Assembly (NCBI GenBank): GCA_038845975.1
Contig: JAWBQF010000010.1
Span: 12,522-76,521, forward strand
DNA: 64,000 nucleotides
Direction: 5' to 3'
DNA from: Candidatus Methanomethylicia archaeon
Lineage (GTDB): Archaea > Thermoproteota > Methanomethylicia > CALHIW01
The notes under the pieces were generated by a model, which was given only the letters and a program-made list of their open reading frames with translations, was not told the DNA's origin and searched no databases. A program made the translations under genes and the position numbers. Shown in pieces: positions 30,965 to 42,511 of this stretch (the first letter of the stretch is position 1; each line of letters begins with the position of its first letter).

Positions 30965-32503
30965 ATGAGTTACGATATCATTATAACTAGCGATAGAACA
31001 ATGATAAGTAACCATCACAGTAACGAGTTTTTGGGATTTTTAACTACAAGCCCATCAATGGGGTTACCCGAACCTATCTGGATGTGGCTTGCAGCTCCTA
31101 AAGTTAAAGTTGATAAGATAGGTAGACCTATTCAAGCACCATACGGTCTAAGAAAAATCGAAGCAGCACTTCAAAACGCTGGATTTAAAGCAGCTATTAT
31201 AGATCCAGACCATATTTACAAGCATCTAGATAAAGCTAAAATAGTCATGATAGGACATCACGACTACTTCGCATTAGGACCACCAAGCTGTGAATGGATG
31301 ATGATTACAGGTAGAGAGCCTGTAAATGCTAGAAGCTTCCGTAGATTTATGGAGAGGTTTACACAAGCAGCAAGAAATAAAGATATTAAAATTGTTGTTG
31401 GAGGGCCTGCAGCATGGCAATGGCTATACATGCCTAAACTAATAGAGAAGTATAGAATTTCAACAATTATTGACGGAGAGGCTGATAAGATTATAACTTA
31501 TATAGCTCAAAAAATATTGCGTGGAGATTCTTTACCTAAATATATACAAGTTAGTTTAAACGATACACCTAGACTTGATGAAATACCATTAATAAAATAT
31601 CCGTCGGTTAATGGATTTATTGAGGTTATGAGGGGGTGCCCACGTAAATGTAGATTTTGCAGTGTAACTCTTAGACCACTTAGAATATATACTTTTAACA
31701 TGATAGAAAGAGAGCTTAAAGTAAATAGTTTAGCAGGTATAAGAAAAGGAATACTTCATGCAGAGGATTTACTACTATATGGTAGTGATGGAGTAAAACC
31801 TAAACCGGAACCGCTAATAAAACTCCATGAACTTGTTAAAAAATACTATATGAACATTGCTTGGAGTCATGTAAGCCTATCAACTGTAAAGTATGGTCAA
31901 GAAAACTTTAAACTTATCTCGAAGCTAACTGAAATAATATATGGTAGTGGACAAAGCTGGATTGGAGTAGAGGTTGGAGTAGAAACAGGATCAGTAAGGC
32001 TTGCTAGAAGAATTATGCCTATGAAGGCTTTACCATATCCGCCTGAAACATGGCCTGAAGTCGTTGAGGATGCATTCATGATAATGCATGAACATAGAAT
32101 TATACCGGCTGCAACCATTATAATAGGTCTCCCAGACGAAACTGAAGATGACGTTTTAGAAACAATAGAGCTTATGGATAAGCTGAAGAAATATCGAAGC
32201 CTTATAGTTCCAATGTTTTTCGTACCAATGGGAACATTAAAAGATAAAAATTGGTTTAAAATATTAAATATTAGAGAAGCGCATGAAGAACTTCTGGTTA
32301 AATGCTTTAGACATAGCATATACTGGGCTGAAGATATACTTTCAAAATTCTATCTAAGAGAACCACATCAAGCACCACTAAATATTCTTCTAAAAACGGT
32401 AATAAACTACTTTAAGATCAAAACAAGAAGTTTTCTAAAGTATTACGAAAATAGAAGTTTAACAACTAAACTTAAAATATGCTGTACAGCAAGGGTCCAA
32501 TAA
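30965..32503 (+). CDS. B12-binding-domain radical SAM protein
   Basis: APYGLRKIEA, VVGGP, RGCPRKCRFC; start moved from 30890 to ATG 30965 behind an AGGTGA RBS. Confidence 0.88.
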   Translation: MSYDIIITSDRTMISNHHSNEFLGFLTTSPSMGLPEPIWMWLAAPKVKVDKIGRPIQAPYGLRKIEAALQNAGFKAAIIDPDHIYKHLDKAKIVMIGHHDYFALGPPSCEWMMITGREPVNARSFRRFMERFTQAARNKDIKIVVGGPAAWQWLYMPKLIEKYRISTIIDGEADKIITYIAQKILRGDSLPKYIQVSLNDTPRLDEIPLIKYPSVNGFIEVMRGCPRKCRFCSVTLRPLRIYTFNMIERELKVNSLAGIRKGILHAEDLLLYGSDGVKPKPEPLIKLHELVKKYYMNIAWSHVSLSTVKYGQENFKLISKLTEIIYGSGQSWIGVEVGVETGSVRLARRIMPMKALPYPPETWPEVVEDAFMIMHEHRIIPAATIIIGLPDETEDDVLETIELMDKLKKYRSLIVPMFFVPMGTLKDKNWFKILNIREAHEELLVKCFRHSIYWAEDILSKFYLREPHQAPLNILLKTVINYFKIKTRSFLKYYENRSLTTKLKICCTARVQ

Positions 32504-32818
32504 CAATATCTAATAAAAGCTAACTGAATTTATAGATTGTCCTTCTCCACTCTTATAATTAGAAGCTAATTAAAAACCTCATAATCATCCTAAATAGGAA
32601 AATTACATAGAAATTTACAGCTATGTATCAGAATATCTATCATCTCTACGAATATCTAAATACTTATTAGTCCTGAAAGTTATCAATGAAGCTGGAATCC
32701 AACTTAACCGATTGCTTACATTATTATTGCATCTATTATTTGTAGTATAATTAATCAGTAGATTGATGTTTTCCAACATCATATATGAGGAAATACATAA
32801 TTTCTCTACCATTCCATT

Positions 32819-32866
32819 CCCTGTAAACTTTAAGTTTATGTATTAGTGACTTAAGTTGACAAGATA
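32819..32866. mobile_element. Decayed ~50-bp miniature element of IS6 TIR family A
   Basis: CTGTAAACTTTAAG...CTTAAGTTGACAAGA; interior similar to 26507 element. Confidence 0.4.
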
Positions 32867-32882
32867 CAGTACCCTAGCATCA

Positions 32883-33114
32883 GGACCTGGCAACTTAAGC
32901 TTTAAGATTTCCTTATTCATTATGCTTATTGATGTGACATGATTGATTTATTATTGTTAAGCCTACATATCAAATATTAAAATTCATAGGTGGAGGAAAT
33001 GGTTTAATGAATTCCCATATGCCATTACCTAATTCTCTAAACTCCACGATAGAACCTATAATCAGCACGACTTAAATAATTTTTAGGCGAGTTCAATCTT
33101 AAGTTGCCACGTCC
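32883..33114. mobile_element. 232-bp MITE (IS6 TIR family B)
   Basis: GGACCTGGCAACTTAAG...CTTAAGTTGCCACGTCC, DR TAGCATCA/TAGCACCA (7/8). Confidence 0.85.
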
Positions 33115-33161
33115 TAGCACCAAGTAGAAACATTTAAATTGATTAGAGAACATTTAAAGTT

Positions 33162-33557
33162 ATGGTTTCAACAGTTATAATTAGCTTAATTGCCGGATGG
33201 ATTACAGCTGCATTTGCAATGTGGATGGCTGCAAGAATAGTTGCTGGAAGTAAAGCTACATTTATTGGGTCATTACTTATAGCAGTTATTGGGCCAATTC
33301 TAGTATTTACCTCACTTATACTTTCTACTCCACTACTGGGTTCATTAAGTATTTTATTAGCATTAATACTTTGGCTATGGGCTGTAAAATCAATATTTGG
33401 AGTAGGATGGATTTCAGCATTTGCAATAACCATACTTTCAACATTCACATTTCTAGTAGCAATAATAATTGTGAGTATAGTTCTAGGTATAAGTGAGTTT
33501 ATGCTTTCAATATTGAGAAGACTTATAGAGGGATATCCACATATTGTTAGATTTTAA
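33162..33557 (+). CDS. Small membrane protein
   Basis: 131 aa with about four hydrophobic segments. Confidence 0.7.
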   Translation: MVSTVIISLIAGWITAAFAMWMAARIVAGSKATFIGSLLIAVIGPILVFTSLILSTPLLGSLSILLALILWLWAVKSIFGVGWISAFAITILSTFTFLVAIIIVSIVLGISEFMLSILRRLIEGYPHIVRF

Positions 33558-33592
33558 CGAATGCTCTTTAATAAGATTTTGTGGTTAGTTTC

Positions 33593-34273
33593 AGCTTGCT
33601 AACTTAAGCATGTTGATTATTCTATTTTGGTGTTTTGTTTCTATGAATTCTTAGCTTTCATTTTTTCATTAATTTATGTTTATTAGCTATACTATTGATC
33701 TCATAAGCATTGATACATGTTCATTATCGCATTTATCCTTCATGCATGGTATATAATTATCGAACAGCTTAGCTCTATCCTTAACATACCGTATTATCCT
33801 CTCCATTAAATTCCTAACTTCTAAAATATATCATGTTTAAACTCAATATTCTTCATGCTATAATATTGAGCACCATCACTCAATACAATTATATTAGAAC
33901 TGTAAATGGCTCTGATCTTCTAATGTTAAAATGTAAGTATGTTCACATCATCATAAACAATGTGAGAATCCTCCTCAATAATGGCTTAGCAACACAAACA
34001 ATCTTATTTTAGAACTTACATTAATGATTGCACCATCAGCCATAAATCCCAATATCCCTCCTATCAAATAGAAATCTTAAGATAAACCATAACATAGATA
34101 CAACTCCTACAAAAATAAAACTTAAAATATCAGAAGCCATCCTAAATGAATGAAAATATAAGCAATAAACAAATAGAATAAATGAAGACCTCTCCCAACA
34201 AATCTAACAACTTTAACCATACTAACACCATAAATAAGGTAAACTCCAAAATAAAGCTAAAGTTCACAAAGCC
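33593..34273 (-). mobile_element. IS6-family element (family A), more decayed copy
   Basis: Collinear with 20655-21384; right TIR AAGTTCACAAAGCC nearly intact, left TIR eroded; DR TTAGTTTC/TTGTTTTC. Confidence 0.82.
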
Positions 34274-35140
34274 TTGTTTTCTGATTTTTCTATGAGTGTT
34301 TTGATCTTTTCTAGTGGGTTTGTTCTAGTTTAGGATTGTTTGAGTGATTAGTGGTGTTCGATGTTCTGGATGTGGTTCTATGAAGATTAAGAGTTATGGG
34401 AATTGTAGGCTTGATTTAAGAGTATTTCTGTTTGTAAGGGATATTTAATAGTTAGGGCTGTATGATATTCTATTATTCTAGATTTAGGGAATGTTATTCT
34501 CATAATGTTCTAGGCTTACGTAATTCATATATGGTTTAATGCTTCTAATAGGAGTCTAATGACTGTATTTAGGTTTTTGGGAAACTTATGTTGAGGATTA
34601 GAGATGGAATTGGTAAGATTGAGTTTAATGGTGTTCTTGAGTTGATGAACTATACGTTAGTACTGATTGGAGAGTAGAGTAATAGTATATTATTAACATC
34701 TAGGTAGAGTACATAGACATAGATCTTTAGGAAGTATGGATTATGGAGTTACAATAAGCTAGTTATACTCATACTTTAGTATGAATATGTTTCATCAAGT
34801 ATTGTTGAGTCTAAATAGTCCTCAAGATAATAGGTAGAGAATTGAGAATAACTCAACAACATATACTGATAGCTTCAACAAACTTACTAAGTAAGCTAAA
34901 TATACTCATGAATATATAAACAACATTCAGAATGAATCAAGAAGAATACCAGATAACAACCTCAAGAATAAACATCAACAACTAAGCCATAATTAACAAT
35001 TCAACACAAGAAATACAACAATATAAACCTAACCCAACAACATCCAAGCATGTAAAAAACAAAAAGACAAACCAACAAAGGCAACCATAAAATCATAAAT
35101 AACTTATATATCAATAATCCCAAAACCTTATTAAAGAGCG
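34274..35140. other. Non-coding relic with strong G/T-rich left half and A/C-rich right half
   Basis: No long ORF; composition switch visible near 34750-34850. Confidence 0.5.
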
Positions 35141-35173
35141 TTAACAAAAACTTTATACGTTTTCCGAATATTA

Positions 35174-36613
35174 ATGTTTGTGCCTGATATTGATACTATA
35201 GGCTATATTGGAGGATTAAGTAAGCTAAGTAATATTCGATTCATACTTAAATACTTAACTGGACGATGCCTAAGAGATAAAGAGAGACGAGTAGAAGTAG
35301 CTTTACAACTTTACACAAATACTAGAAGTAATGCCTGCTTTACATGTAAGCATATTGTCTATCCAGTAATTAGTAAAATTATTAAAAGAGGAGCTGAAAG
35401 CTTTGGAGTACCTGAATGGAAAATGAAGGAGAAATTTAAAGACCCATATTGGAGGAGAGGGCTTGCCTGTGTTCTTATAGGGGTTGCTAAGTACGGCATA
35501 CAAAGACCATTTACACCAGGAGTACCATTTCTAATCGTATGGGATTATACTTATGCATGTAATCTTAAGTGTAAACACTGCTATAGTAGTGCTGGTAAAC
35601 CTTTAAAAGATGAGATGGGAAGAAAAGAAGCTTTGAAAGTTGTTAGCATTCTTGGAGACATCGGTGTACCATCAGTGGCATTTTCAGGTGGGGAGCCACT
35701 AGTAAGAAACGATATATTTGACGTTTTAAAGCTATGTAAGGAATACCGTATATTTACTGCAATAGCTACAAACGGTACTACTTTAACCAGGGAAAATGTT
35801 GAGAAACTTAAAAGTAGTGGAGTTGGATATTTACAGATTAGTCTTGATGGAGTAAGTCCTAAAACACATGATAGCTTTAGGGGAATAAATGGAGTTTTTA
35901 ATAGAGTTATTGAGGGAATAAAAAATGCTGTTGAATCAGGAATATTTGTTGAAGTAGCAACAACAGTAACCAAGTTAAACATTCATGAAATTAGTGACAT
36001 TATAGATTTATGTAGAAGGCTTAAAGTCAACTGGTTTATGGCATATAACTTCATACCTACGGGAAGAGGAAGAGAAGTAGTCAATCTTGATCTTTCACCA
36101 AGTGAAAGGGAGGAATTGCTTAAAAACCTATGGATTGAGGCTTTAAAAGGAGGCTTAACTGTTTTAACTACAGCTCCACAATTTGCACGAGTTGCACTAA
36201 TAAATTCAAAGAATATTAATGAAGCTATAGTACCAACGCATTTCTACTCAATGAAGCTACCAGGTAAACTTGCGGAGTTAAGCGAATTTGTTGGTGGATG
36301 TGGAGCTGGAAGAAGCTACTGTGCAATAGAGCCTGATGGAACTATTCAGCCATGTGTGTTTTTACCAGTAAGAGTTGGAAACATCCTCATTGATAATTTT
36401 GAGTATTTATGGGATAATAGTGAATTACTTATAAAATTAAGAAATAAAGACCTACTGAAAGGAAACTGTGGAGTATGTAAGTATAGATATGTTTGTGGTG
36501 GATGTAGAGCAAGAGCATATGCATACTTTAACGACTACATGGCTCCTGATCCCGGCTGTATATATAATGCTCAATACATACCTGAATTAAAAACAAGAAT
36601 ATATTCAAAATAG
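35174..36613 (+). CDS. Radical SAM protein with SPASM domain
   Basis: CNLKCKHC, FSGGEP, CGAG..YCAIEPDG.IQPC, CGVCKYRYVCGGCRARA. Confidence 0.92.
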   Translation: MFVPDIDTIGYIGGLSKLSNIRFILKYLTGRCLRDKERRVEVALQLYTNTRSNACFTCKHIVYPVISKIIKRGAESFGVPEWKMKEKFKDPYWRRGLACVLIGVAKYGIQRPFTPGVPFLIVWDYTYACNLKCKHCYSSAGKPLKDEMGRKEALKVVSILGDIGVPSVAFSGGEPLVRNDIFDVLKLCKEYRIFTAIATNGTTLTRENVEKLKSSGVGYLQISLDGVSPKTHDSFRGINGVFNRVIEGIKNAVESGIFVEVATTVTKLNIHEISDIIDLCRRLKVNWFMAYNFIPTGRGREVVNLDLSPSEREELLKNLWIEALKGGLTVLTTAPQFARVALINSKNINEAIVPTHFYSMKLPGKLAELSEFVGGCGAGRSYCAIEPDGTIQPCVFLPVRVGNILIDNFEYLWDNSELLIKLRNKDLLKGNCGVCKYRYVCGGCRARAYAYFNDYMAPDPGCIYNAQYIPELKTRIYSK

Positions 36614-36621
36614 TCAATTTG

Positions 36622-36879
36622 CTATGTTGAAACATGCTCTAAAACTTCTCTAATAACATCTCCAACCCCAATATCTGAAATATTAGAAGATATAAATACA
36701 CTTAAAGAGTTTAAATCATCTAGCCCGAACATGTTTCTAAAAGCAGTTATGATAAGTCTCCTAAAATCACTTAGAAGCTCAAGTGAAGCTATAAGCTTAT
36801 ATGTTTCAACAATTACCTTTCTCGCTTCAGCCATAAGCTTTCTATTTTCCTCACAAACGGTCTTAACATCATCTACCAT
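36622..36879 (-). CDS. Hypothetical protein
   Basis: 85-aa ORF with protein-like composition in otherwise empty space. Confidence 0.55.
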   Translation of the reverse strand: MVDDVKTVCEENRKLMAEARKVIVETYKLIASLELLSDFRRLIITAFRNMFGLDDLNSLSVFISSNISDIGVGDVIREVLEHVST

Positions 36880-37048
36880 CTTAATCAGAATATATATCCA
36901 CTAATATCTTTAACAATTACGATATATTTAACAATTAAACACAACTTATTTTTCCTAGAAATACATTTATAATACTGTCTTCCACCTATAGAAACTATAA
37001 TTAGATTTAAAAATTTAAGTAAGAACTCTTTAAAATCTAGGTGTTTAA

Positions 37049-38425
37049 ATGTTTAATGTTAGAGTTAGAGGAATTTACGCTACTGCTATAACTAGGCTTT
37101 GCATGGATTGGGGGTTTAGGATTGTTCAGCCAACCGAGACTATTATCGATAGGTTTAGACTTACAGATTTAAAGGAACCGCCTGACATCACCATTAAAGA
37201 TTTGGAAAGCAAAGATGGAATTATAATTATTGGTTTACGTAGAGCTGTAGAGGAAGTATTAAAAAAGCTAGAAATATATTTTCCAGAAGTTATTGTTTTA
37301 AAGTGTTTAATGCCTATACGCTCTATTGTTAAGGGTATTGTTAAAGATTTTAGAAATGGTGAATACATAGTTGAGGTTAAACCAAATATATATGGTGTTT
37401 TAAAGGGAAACTTTAGGATAGGAGATGTTATTACAGTATCTGTTGCTAAAACATCTTTCACGCGTAACAACTACTTAAAACTTTCAAGTAGTCTATGGAT
37501 TAAGGGGAGATATGCATATTTAATTCAAGATAGTAAGGTTATTGTAAGCAGACACATTAGAGACCGTAACATTAGAAGGGAATTGTCTTCATTAGGGCTT
37601 CTCTTTAAAGAGAAGGGATGGGGTGTTAAGTGGAGAAGTTCAGCACAGTATGCTAATATACCCTCCTTAATGGAGGAATTAAAGAAACTCTATGAAAAAG
37701 CTAGAGAAATACTTAAAAGCTCTGAAAAAACACCATATGTGGAGCTGATTGATGGAGAATATATTGCTAAAGTTATTTTCCCGTCAACTACTAAAATAGA
37801 GCTAGATAAAATTAGAAGTAAAACTATTCCAACAGTATATAAGCATCATATCTACAAGTCGAGTGGAAAAATAGGATCAGTACTTGTTGATTTTGCTGAA
37901 AAAATACTTAACGAATTTAATGTAGATGTAGTATCAGGAGATCTACATGAATTCATGATTGAACTACTAAGGCAAAGGAGTAAAGTAGAAATACTACATA
38001 TTAAACCTTCAGGAGAAATTATAAGTTTAACTCCAGGCTCAATCATAGAAATAAATAAGGAAAAACTAATTCTGAAAAGAAGATTAACTGCCGGTGGCAG
38101 ATATGATGGATTAAACATTCCTAAAGAAGAAGGAGATTATGACATAATGGAGGTTAAACCAAATGAATGGACTATTACACATAGCTACTACTCAAAAAAT
38201 AGAGTATTAAAGGGCAGATATATCAATATAAATACACCACCAGAAATAACATACAAATATATTAAGTATATAGATTTAATCGTAGATATTGTCATACTAC
38301 CAAATGGAGAAGTTAAAATTCTAGATTTGGAGGAATTTGATAAGCTATGTAGTGAGGGAGTAGTATCTAGTTATATTAGAACTAAGGTCAACAATATTAT
38401 TAGCTCCTTTAATACTGCTCAATAA
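37049..38425 (+). CDS. FAU-1-like ribonuclease (RNase G/E-like plus DUF402)
   Basis: VRVRGIYATA, WGVKWRSSA, GRYDGL, YININTPPE..YIDLIVD. Confidence 0.88.
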   Translation: MFNVRVRGIYATAITRLCMDWGFRIVQPTETIIDRFRLTDLKEPPDITIKDLESKDGIIIIGLRRAVEEVLKKLEIYFPEVIVLKCLMPIRSIVKGIVKDFRNGEYIVEVKPNIYGVLKGNFRIGDVITVSVAKTSFTRNNYLKLSSSLWIKGRYAYLIQDSKVIVSRHIRDRNIRRELSSLGLLFKEKGWGVKWRSSAQYANIPSLMEELKKLYEKAREILKSSEKTPYVELIDGEYIAKVIFPSTTKIELDKIRSKTIPTVYKHHIYKSSGKIGSVLVDFAEKILNEFNVDVVSGDLHEFMIELLRQRSKVEILHIKPSGEIISLTPGSIIEINKEKLILKRRLTAGGRYDGLNIPKEEGDYDIMEVKPNEWTITHSYYSKNRVLKGRYININTPPEITYKYIKYIDLIVDIVILPNGEVKILDLEEFDKLCSEGVVSSYIRTKVNNIISSFNTAQ

Positions 38426-39235
38426 AACATCATAAAATGCAGTTGTATTAAGTCTATAAAGTACTTAAGTGTTTAAGTTATGTTCTAAGCTTACTTCTAA
38501 ACAGGGTATATCGAAATATTATTTTGTTGTATTTTATGCTTGTAAGGTGGGAATATAGGGTTTATGATGTTAGATGCTAAATGATTCTAATTTTTCAGTT
38601 TCGATTCGGTTGGCGGAGGTTTAAGAAGTTTAGCTTATGCTTGAAGTATTGGTTTAGAGAGCTGTTTAAGGTTTATATATGCTAGGTTTATTTGATGGAA
38701 GAATTCTACTACTTTAGCTATTAGGATTGAGCATCTTCCTAGTTAAATTGTTATAAATGTATACTCTTCATCATGTAAAGTAAGTTATGACTACATAGTT
38801 TCGATTTAACAGTTTCACTAACTGTATAGAATCTACATGAGCTTCTTATGTATAAGAGCTTAATGGAATCATGCTAGTTCATACTAATACAACATTAGAG
38901 TTCGTAAAAAGTATTCTGATTAGTATTTGATGATAGAGTACTTAATGCCAACTAAATAATTTAGCTAAGGAATATATTTTAATCGTCCTAGAGGCATAAG
39001 TAGAATTAGAATAGATATAGATTCTTTAACACGAACTCTACAACTAGATATACTGGCGGGAAGACTTCGAAATTCTAAAAGTAAAGTTTAGGGATAGACT
39101 AAACCAGAAAGAAGAATCAATAACAGGATGAATCTAAGGATCATATATCAACTAAAATACTCATGAGGGACTATAGATGAACAATTAAGCACTATTGTTA
39201 AGGCTAAAATTTATAAATTCTTTAGGAGGTTATAA

Positions 39236-40177
39236 GTGGTTAATATGAGTTCATGGGATGAATCTATAGCTAAAGCTGTTGAGAAGGTAAGTCCGTCTGT
39301 TGTTGCTGTAGGAAGTTTAAGGATTGCTCATGATTACTTCCTTCAACCCATACCAATAACAGGTTTAGGTTCAGGAGTTATTATAGATGGGAATGGATAC
39401 ATATTAACCAACTATCATGTTGTTGAGGGTGTGGAACGTATAGAAGTAGCATTAAGTGGTGGTAGAGTGTTAAGAGGTGAAATTGTAGGTGTTGATCGGA
39501 GAACAGATCTAGCATTATTGAAAGTCAATATGAAGAACTTACCAGCAGCGATACTTGGAGATTCGTTAAAACTAAAAGTTGGACATATTGTTTTAGCTAT
39601 AGGTAACCCATTTGGTCTATTAGGGGAGCCTACAGTTACTATTGGTGTTGTAAGCGCATTGAAAAGAACAATAAAGTCTGAAAGAGGAGTTTTTGAGGAT
39701 ATGATTCAAACAGATGCTCATATTAATCCTGGAAATTCAGGTGGACCTCTTATAAACCTTAATGGGGAAGTTGTTGGCATAAACACAGCTATAATTCCAT
39801 TTGCTCAAGGAATTGGATTTGCAATACCAATAAACACAGCTAAGAAAGTTGTTAACGATCTTATAAATTATGGAAGAGTATTAAGACCCTGGATTGGTAT
39901 TCAAGGTGTTGATATAAATGAAAAAATGGCTGAATATTATGGATTACCGATAAGTAAAGGATGCTTAGTCATAGATGTTGCTCCTAATGGACCTGCAGGC
40001 TATTACGGTATTCAACCTGGTGATATTATAACTGCAATTAGTGGTAGGGAAGTAGACTGTACGGAGAAGTTAAAGTCAATAATTGAGAGAATGAATATTG
40101 GAGACATAATTGAGATAACTATTATTAGAGGAGATAAAATAGTAAACATACCTATAGAGCTAGGCTATTTAGAATAG
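39236..40177 (+). CDS. HtrA/DegP-like trypsin protease with PDZ domain
   Basis: LTNYHVV, DLALLKV, INPGNSGGPL catalytic triad motifs; PDZ; no signal peptide seen. Confidence 0.93.
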   Translation: MVNMSSWDESIAKAVEKVSPSVVAVGSLRIAHDYFLQPIPITGLGSGVIIDGNGYILTNYHVVEGVERIEVALSGGRVLRGEIVGVDRRTDLALLKVNMKNLPAAILGDSLKLKVGHIVLAIGNPFGLLGEPTVTIGVVSALKRTIKSERGVFEDMIQTDAHINPGNSGGPLINLNGEVVGINTAIIPFAQGIGFAIPINTAKKVVNDLINYGRVLRPWIGIQGVDINEKMAEYYGLPISKGCLVIDVAPNGPAGYYGIQPGDIITAISGREVDCTEKLKSIIERMNIGDIIEITIIRGDKIVNIPIELGYLE

Positions 40178-40180
40178 CTT

Positions 40181-40876
40181 ATGGAGAAAATAATAGTAGA
40201 TAGAGAATTAACGAATAAGTATTACGTATTTAAAGATAGGGAGGAAGCAGCAGTAAGGCTTGCTAAAATGATTAAAACGAAAGAATTAGTAGATCCAGTA
40301 GTGTTAGCAATACCTTCAGGAGGAGTACCGGTAGGTGCTACATTAGCTTTAATACTTAAATGCGAGTTTAACCTATTAATTTGTAGAAAACTCCACTTTC
40401 CAAACAATCCAGAAGCAGGATTTGGAGCTGTAAATCCTGATGGTGACATAGTGCTTAATAGAGAACTTATAAATTACCTCAACATTAACAGGGAACTTAT
40501 AAATATGGTTATAAAGCTGGAAATTGAAGAGATAAAGAAACGTTTTGAAGTTTTCAGATTGATAGAAACATCAATTAACAATAGGAGCACTATAATAACT
40601 GATGATGGACTTGCATCAGGTTACACTATGCTTTCAGCTGTTAAATACGTTAAAAAGAGAAAACCGGAGAAAATCATTGTGGCAATACCAACAGCATCTA
40701 TAAGTGCATTAAATTTAGTAGCTCCACACGTAGATGTTATTTATTGTGTTAATGTTAGGGATGATACATATGGTTTTGCCGTTGCAGATGCTTATAAAAA
40801 CTGGTATGATGTAAATGATGTTGAAGTATTATCATATATTAATAAATTTAAAAGTGAAAAACTTAACATGAAATGA
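40181..40876 (+). CDS. Phosphoribosyltransferase-family protein
   Basis: FKDREEA, IPSGGVPV, DDGLASGYT. Confidence 0.88.
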   Translation: MEKIIVDRELTNKYYVFKDREEAAVRLAKMIKTKELVDPVVLAIPSGGVPVGATLALILKCEFNLLICRKLHFPNNPEAGFGAVNPDGDIVLNRELINYLNINRELINMVIKLEIEEIKKRFEVFRLIETSINNRSTIITDDGLASGYTMLSAVKYVKKRKPEKIIVAIPTASISALNLVAPHVDVIYCVNVRDDTYGFAVADAYKNWYDVNDVEVLSYINKFKSEKLNMK

Positions 40877-41232
40877 CTATAGAAACAATATGTTCCTTAT
40901 ATCTTACTATTGTAAATTAATACGTTACTTAATTGAATTTAATAATTCATAATGTTAAACTGTTGATTTTGTATAGAAATAGTTTCAAAATATTTAAGCT
41001 TTTCATATTTAATGTGTATTATTATGCACGTGAAGTATTACTAGTTATTAACTAGTTAAACATTAATTCAATGAGAACTATTGTTTAAATATATTAACAT
41101 TACTATAGTTAATATATTTCAAGAATCATGTTTAAACTTCATTAAGTAGGGTGAATCATGTTTAATAGGGACTTAGATTTCAAAGTTTAAAATCAAAGAA
41201 AGATTTTTAAAAGGATATAGGGTAAATACATT

Positions 41233-42117
41233 ATGGCTAAAATATTGAGATACATAAGGCCTGATGGTTTAGAATCTTATGGATTAATAGTTAATAATCT
41301 TGTTATAGATCGTAGGGATATAGAAAGAATATTGAATCTAAAACTGCCTGAAGATATTGTATCCTTTATATCTAGTACATATTTAAACATGATTCTTGAA
41401 AAAATTGAGAACCTCAATTTTAAGCAGGGATTTAAACTAGAAAATTTAAGATTACTTGCACCAATTCCAAACCCGCCGAAAATACTATGTTTAGGGTTAA
41501 ATTATATAGATCATGCTGAGGAGCAGAAGAAAACTCCTCCTGATGAGCCTATGATATTTATTAAGCCTAAAACATCAATAGCAGGACCCTTTGATGATAT
41601 TTATGTTCCATCTGACTATGTTCAACAACTAGACTATGAGGGTGAGCTTGCAGTTATTATTGGAAAGCTAGGTAAAAGGATAAGTGCATCTAGAGCTTTA
41701 GACTATGTATTTGGATATATGGTGTTTAATGACTTATCAGCTAGAGATATACAAGCTAAAGATAAACAATGGACACGCGGGAAAAGTCTAGATCAGTTTG
41801 CTCCAATAGGTCCATGGATAGTTACAAGAGATGATATTGAAAACCCATATAATCTTAAAATAATAACTAAAGTTAATGATGAGATAAGACAGAATTCATC
41901 AACTTCAAAAATGGTGCATAAAATAGATAAAGTAATAGAAGTATTAAGTAAGGGAATGACACTTGAACCAGGAGACATAATAGCTACTGGTACACCTTCA
42001 GGTGTAGGTGTTTTCATGAAACCCGAACCTAAATTCTTAAAGCACGGAGATATAGTTGAGATAACAATTGAAAAAATAGGAACAATAAGAAATCGAATAA
42101 TATTCACCAGACCTTAA
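41233..42117 (+). CDS. Fumarylacetoacetate hydrolase family protein
   Basis: GLNYIDH, DYEGEL, NDLSARD, RGKSLD, IATGTPSGVG. Confidence 0.93.
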   Translation: MAKILRYIRPDGLESYGLIVNNLVIDRRDIERILNLKLPEDIVSFISSTYLNMILEKIENLNFKQGFKLENLRLLAPIPNPPKILCLGLNYIDHAEEQKKTPPDEPMIFIKPKTSIAGPFDDIYVPSDYVQQLDYEGELAVIIGKLGKRISASRALDYVFGYMVFNDLSARDIQAKDKQWTRGKSLDQFAPIGPWIVTRDDIENPYNLKIITKVNDEIRQNSSTSKMVHKIDKVIEVLSKGMTLEPGDIIATGTPSGVGVFMKPEPKFLKHGDIVEITIEKIGTIRNRIIFTRP

Positions 42118-42511
42118 AATACGTAATTGATATTAGTTGAAAACTATCCATTTTATCAACGTTTATAGGGTTAATTTCTCAACACAAAATTTATAATTTA
42201 TTCATAAAAATTGAATAATTTTTCACTCTCTGCTAATTGCACATAAGATTTACCTAATCATTTCCGAAGCATAAAGTCTTAGTTGAATCATCATTCTTCA
42301 TGACTTATTATATTTTGTCAATTTGGTCTTAATTTTAACATGCAGATAAATAGCAATAGTATTATATTGCACCTCAAAGCTTCAATAAATTAGGTTTATT
42401 TCAATATGTTCTAAATTGCTACTATGCTCTTAAGCCTATATAATTTTTAGAAGTATTAATTTTAGTTAGACTTATAGAATATGGAGTTTCAGCTGTAATA
42501 TAGTGTTTACA

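Noticed and set aside
32621-32812. 63-aa ORF
   Set aside because: No motif or RBS; lies in a relic-rich gap
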